DNA from: Fistulifera solaris | Taxonomy: Eukaryota | NCBI GenBank assembly: GCA_030295235.1 | Contig: AP026134.1 | Coordinates: 1,116,001 to 1,180,000, forward strand | Reading direction: 5' to 3' | Length of the DNA stretch: 64,000 nt | Shown here: positions 59,401-64,000 of the stretch, one piece after another | How positions within the stretch are numbered: position 1 is the stretch's first letter | Layout: each line of letters begins with the position of its first letter | Position numbers and translations under genes: made by a program | The notes under the pieces: generated by a model | The model's input: the letters and a program-made list of their open reading frames with translations, nothing else | What the model was told of the DNA's origin: nothing | The model's database searches: none

Positions 59401-61212
59401 GCAAATGTTTGGGCGATCCGTGGCTCGACGTACACAGACCATCATTTTTCATCATTTTTTGAAACGCGGCCAAAGGGGGGAATCCATGCTGAATCTCGCA
59501 TTGGCCCACGAGATGGGCAAAGACTGGTTTGCCGCTTTTAGATGTTTGGCGCGAGTTGAGCCGTCCTTGCTAGATCTACAAACACTTGGACGAGAACAAA
59601 CACGGCAGATTATCCTACATCGATATCGCATGATGAAAATTCAACCACCTCAGTTTTTCACTGGAGCTGGGATCTTCATTAGAGAGATGCATGGTACTAT
59701 CAAGCAACCGGGTTCGATGCGTACTCTTGGTGATGGTCTGTTTGGAAACTTTGTACCCTCGAAAACTCGAATTTACGGGCGCTTTCCCTGTCAACTCGGA
59801 TGGCGAACGGCTACCGCGAGAGGTATTATTCAAAGCACCACGGTAAATCCTACGCTGCACGCGCTAGAAACAATTAGCCTATACGAGCGTCGTATCGCTC
59901 AGCATGCATCAACCGATGACAGCCAGGGTGATCAATCCTTTGATGCAAGCGAAAGTAGCGACATTAGTATTACGTTCAGTAATGGTGCTGAAACTATGGA
60001 TGCGTCGTCGGATAAAGCAGATTCTTCAAACCCTAAAGGTAACGCAGGATTAACGCCTTCCTCTGCAGAGTTAAAACCTCTTTCAAGCGTCGCTTCAGTG
60101 GACAAGACGCGCAAGGCATTTGAGGACGAGCACGAGGAAACGGAGCAGTTTGAAATACCCACCAAGGTGAAATCAGATCTAAGCTCTACTATACCACCCT
60201 ACCAGCAAAGCAAAGTTTTAAACACAGCGCAGAAGAAAATTGAGAGAGCACCTAAGTGGTCCGCAGAGAAGAATATTGTCCAGCTATCGAAGAGACCGAC
60301 GGCTAAAGATTCACGAGAACCGACCGAAGATGTCAAATTGATCATTGTTAAAGACTCTAACCACAGTAAAATCTCAAAACATCAAAGATCTAATGAGAGT
60401 CGCAAAAACCAGCCCCCCAGAACAACACGGGAAAATCAGGTTCGGGACGCTCATCTGAGACAGACGTAGCTTCGGAGACGAAACGAACACATCTCGTCAA
60501 TAAGGTTCAGACCCAAACAAACCCTTGGAAATTGTCGACGTCTATAGAGGGCGGAGAACGCGACAAAGAAATCCCTCAAAATATTCGCCCTCCACCAGGA
60601 TTAGCACCTCCACCAGGTTTCAGCGGTCACACTCCTTCGGAAATGACTGTCGTTGCAAACCCGGACTCCCACTATCACCGACTCTTGAGGGAGGCAGCTG
60701 AAGCGAGTTCGTCTTACAGCCAGCATTTCAATCATACCGAATTGCCGAGTCCGAATGCATTCACGGCTGAACATCCGCCACTTCCAAATTCCCCACCCGA
60801 TCGAAATGACAGCCATTTTCTCACCCACGCTCATGCTCATCGCGCGACGGAAAGTTTTCACATTCCTGAAAGCACGGAATTCGATGTTATGGCGTTTTTG
60901 GACGACATTTTGAATGAAGGTAGTAAGGCGAATAATGGCGTTGCAGATACAAAGGAAAGTGAACCAGAAGGTATCCTTCGCGACGATGAGCCCGCATTCT
61001 CGCCAAACCCTTGGGCGACATCTGATATTTATCAATCTCGCGCTGCTGCGTATGGAATTCTAATTGAAGATGAAAGCACTCGCGGAACAGAGTCGAGTGA
61101 TCTCCCTTTGCTCACACCCGAAGCTATTCTCTCTTCTGCCGTTAGCAACGAAGACGATGAAAGCGTATCTAACGCTGCTGCTTTTTTCTCAGACTTCGGA
61201 GAACAAGGGTAA
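53474..61212 (+). CDS. Very large TMEM131-like protein (~2570 aa): signal peptide, Ig/ASH-like domains, TM, disordered C-tail; split by ~3 indels
   Basis: Consecutive ORFs 53474..55441, 55386..57770, 57764..60469 and 60532..61212. TMEM131-type motifs LYLTNHNPIPVTV, LNFPATLVG..IPLHNPTAVPVRV, ELGPIFFRP, FLENSLSGIERIVLTG and LHNFGDLPVNL..C...GF. TM near 59340-59410 and a PPPGLAPPPGF tail. Confidence 0.75.
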
Positions 61213-61495
61213 TGAGCAAGGCTATTTTCTACGGCATCTGCGTTAACCATAGAACAACGTCTTGCTATCAACAGTGAATAGATTAGTGAGGGGTTTAAAT
61301 TTTCCTGCTAAGTTCGTAGATAATGCGATAGCCGAAACGATTGATATCGAAAACCAAAACGTTTAGCGCTCTCTTTTTATTTGAAAAGCAGTTATTACCT
61401 TTAAAAGTATAATTTAATTGAGAAAACTTGATGAGCGGCTACGGGAGGGCCAGGCGAAAAAGGGTCCAAACCCACAAAAATGAGAATTAATAAAA

Positions 61496-61959
61496 TCACC
61501 CGTTCAACTGTGATTGCAGGCTTTTACCAAGGACAAGTGCTTCTACAAAGGCGGTTTCGATGACTTTATCGGATACCGTCTCGTCTACTTTTCCGGCTGC
61601 CTCAAAGATCTCATCAATTTCGACGGTGCTCAGAGAGTCCGTCGCCCCAATGTTGGCGAGCAGACGAGACAAAACAGACCGACTAATTCTTCCATTATGC
61701 TTGACACCAGCGGCGCGGATCATTTCCTTGAAAAAACGAGAGGGCAGACACTGACCGTAGCTGATGATATAACGTGAGACTCCGATGATGACCGAAATCA
61801 ACAAAATACTACTTTTCATTCAACTCACTTTTTCTCGCGGTATTGTGTCAAGACAAGACGGAGTTTGTCGACTGAAGGCGCTACTTGAAGAGGCTGCACG
61901 ACAGTTGAAAACCGAGCTAAAGCATTTGTCTGGATGAGAGAGCAGCGAATAGCAAACAT
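61496..61959 (-). CDS. Small EF-hand-like protein with mitochondrial-type presequence
   Basis: MFAIRCSLIQTNALARFST...QYREKN|YGQCLPSRFFKEMIRAA (intron 61761-61828, GTGAG..CAG). Degenerate EF-hand region GRISRSVLSRLLANIGA...LSTVEIDEIF. Confidence 0.65.
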
Positions 61960-62304
61960 GGTGACCTTTCTCAGAGGCTCAAAGAAACGTAACAGAAACT
62001 CGCAGAAGCCACTCGATACTCCCAGCGCTTCTAAAAACACCCACAATCAAGAAGAATTTCCTTTTTTTTGTGAGAGGGTGTTCCTGGTAACAACCGCAAT
62101 GATAAAATCAGTGTTCTTTCAAGATAACGATCGACGTGTTGCGTGTTTATCGAGCTGATTAGTCATCGTCGCGAGATGACGTAATCAAACGTGCGCGAAA
62201 GAATATGGTGCGGTGCATGAACCGTGAACGAATTTCCAGTCTTGCGATTTCTCGTTTCTTGTGACCAAAAGCAAAGAAAGATAGCAGGTAAACGATAAAC
62301 ACCA

Positions 62305-62841
62305 ACGAAAAGCTTCATTACAACATTCCTCAACATAATCTTTCTAGAGAGACCACAAGCAAGAATCAGCATTAATTGGAACACCACACATGAAAAAGAC
62401 AACAAACGGAATGGCAATTGTCTACGTCTGTGTCGCGCCCGCATGGAAATTTACCGATAGAGGAAAACCCGGATATTGTCTAGGTCGGCATAATTTCTTT
62501 CGTCATGTTTGACTGCCATGCCATAAAATCCTAAATAAACATCAATTATGCGCACTACTAAACGATGCTCACCATCGATTCGAATCAAAACGTAGAAACG
62601 AGCGAAGATACAACGCTACGAAAGTCAACGTGAAATTCATGTAGCCAGGATTTTATCGAAGTAGGTACAGGTAGCTTCAAGAACTTTTAAAATTCAACTT
62701 CATTCATTCTCGGCTACGAAAGCGACAACATTAATTGTAACATCCCTCATCATGTCTGCATAGAGACCATGAGCAACAACAGACATTAATTAAAACACCA
62801 AACATGAAAAAGACAACAGTCCATGTTGCGAATGTCCACAT
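62305..62841. repeat. Diverged ~120-bp direct repeat, offset ~414 bp
   Basis: ACAT.CCTCA.CAT...AGAGACCA..AGCAA.AA.CAG.CATTAATT..AACACCA.ACATGAAAAAGACAACA at ~62322-62404 and ~62740-62818. Confidence 0.75.
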
Positions 62842-62850
62842 GCATCCAAT

Positions 62851-62944
62851 CTGAAACGTCGTTAAAATTATGCGTTGTCGTGGAAACTACTGTACGTTGA
62901 ATCTTGTACAAGTAGTGGAGGCAAAATTGTAGCATCCTTTCTCT
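62851..62944. mobile_element. Degenerate second copy of the MITE-like element at 51093
   Basis: Shares, in order, AACGTCGTTAAAATT, GTCGT.GA, TACGT.GAATCTTGTAC and TGGAGGCA.AATT.TA.C.TCCTT.C. Confidence 0.65.
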
Positions 62945-63153
62945 ATCCCTATCATGAAATTAATGAATCATCATCATAGCGTAGACTACATTTTGTATAT
63001 GGTTTGATAGAAAATGAAATGCTAGAATCAGTGAGGTTGCCATCCATGTGTTGCACGTCGGTGAATGCTTTGCTGTCGCATGGTTCGCTTTCATGGCAAT
63101 ACCGCGTTGCTTGCTGAAGAACGTTTTTAAAGGTAAAGGTTTATTTAAACGTC

Positions 63154-64000
63154 TCAGGTTTCTCGATTAAGTTCCGATACTTCGTGAATCCATGCCGGGG
63201 CAACAGTCTGCTGCACAACTTCATCGTTCGCCCATTTTCTCGTTACTGTCAAGGGGCTCAAAATCTCTTCCGGTGTACTTGCATGTGGTGGCGCAGTCAG
63301 CCATTGCAAGATTCCTGGCATATGACCCGCTCCGACAATAGCAACGACTGTCGATTCGCGTCTTGTGAATTGCAAAGCTCGGACTGTTTGTACTAGCTTT
63401 GCAGCCAACCACGCATCTCGTTCTTCGATGATAGTGGTGTAAAGTGTGGGAAAGTGCCGCCTCAACTCAAGAAAGGACTCTGTCAAAACGTCCGTTTCAT
63501 CCCGCAAAATGCTCCTGAGCCACTCGCGCAGCTCCTCAGGGTCTGGTTTTCGAAACGACGACCAAAGCAAGCCCAACATCACTTTAACTTTACCAAACCA
63601 GGACAGTGATTCCCAAGCACGGACCAGTGTCAGCGAAAGAGGTCGGTCACCCAGAATCAAATGACAGTTCGGCTTTTCAAGCCAATACTGGTGCGCACGC
63701 CGGAATTCTCCTCCCAACTCTACACCCAAATCATTGGCATAGTCTTCCTGTACACTCGTCAGTAAGACGGTGCACATGGACTGCAATCGAGTCGAGTTGC
63801 TCGACTGTTGATTCATTTTGATCTTTTCCCAAAACGACGCATTGGTCTCATTTTGCAGCGATTCTGAGCTTCCTTCTAACAAAGGTACTCGCGCATCACA
63901 TAACTCTACCAAAATACAGTCTGGATTCACCGCATCGAGAAGAATAGCAGTCTCGGCGCTACTATCATTGGAGACGTGAGCCGTCCCTAGCAAGTAAATG
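63154..64000 (-). CDS. TraB/PrgY-domain protein (TRABD-like); 5' end outside window
   Basis: YLLGTAHVS..S, ILVELCDAR, GGEFRRA, ILGDRP..LTL.RAW, IIEERDAWLA and VVAIVGAGHMPGI. Confidence 0.9.
   Translation of the reverse strand, partial: IYLLGTAHVSNDSSAETAILLDAVNPDCILVELCDARVPLLEGSSESLQNETNASFWEKIKMNQQSSNSTRLQSMCTVLLTSVQEDYANDLGVELGGEFRRAHQYWLEKPNCHLILGDRPLSLTLVRAWESLSWFGKVKVMLGLLWSSFRKPDPEELREWLRSILRDETDVLTESFLELRRHFPTLYTTIIEERDAWLAAKLVQTVRALQFTRRESTVVAIVGAGHMPGILQWLTAPPHASTPEEILSPLTVTRKWANDEVVQQTVAPAWIHEVSELNRET

Noticed and set aside
63154..64000. TraB as evidence of a conjugative element or bacterial contamination
   Set aside because: TraB/PrgY-domain (TRABD) proteins are standard eukaryotic genes, and a neighbouring gene has a spliceosomal intron.
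1..64000. Calling the frameshifted genes pseudogenes or programmed frameshifts
   Set aside because: The indels hit conserved housekeeping genes, often at homopolymers, and catalytic motifs are intact. Sequencing error is the simpler explanation.

Overview
Gene-dense eukaryotic nuclear DNA, most likely from a pennate diatom. The evidence is short 63-82 bp GT-AG introns, signal-peptide plus ASAF-like plastid presequences, a Phaeodactylum-type delta-6 desaturase, CBA1, a KRE6/TGS-type glucan enzyme, and diatom-style HSF and HMG factors. About 30 protein-coding genes are present. Many, including housekeeping genes, are split by 1-bp indels that often fall in homopolymers, which most likely reflects long-read assembly error. 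A 5'-truncated CRE-clade (RT + CCHC + RLE endonuclease) non-LTR retrotransposon lies at ~49.0-51.05 kb. The most unusual non-coding structure is linked to this element. (i) A diverged copy of only its 3' tail sits 29 kb away (21570-21705, minus strand), joined to a palindrome-rich array of ~52-bp monomers with a 208-bp higher-order period, a candidate CRE-dependent SINE-like element. (ii) A 21-bp hairpin (GACTG-AAATG-CAGTC core) occurs three times just upstream of the RT and twice in distant promoters, and resembles a stem in the element's own 3' UTR. A TA-flanked 87-bp MITE-like repeat with a second copy and several degenerate tandem duplications are also present. No tRNA, rRNA or CRISPR-Cas was recognised. 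All family calls come from motif recognition by eye; no database search was run.
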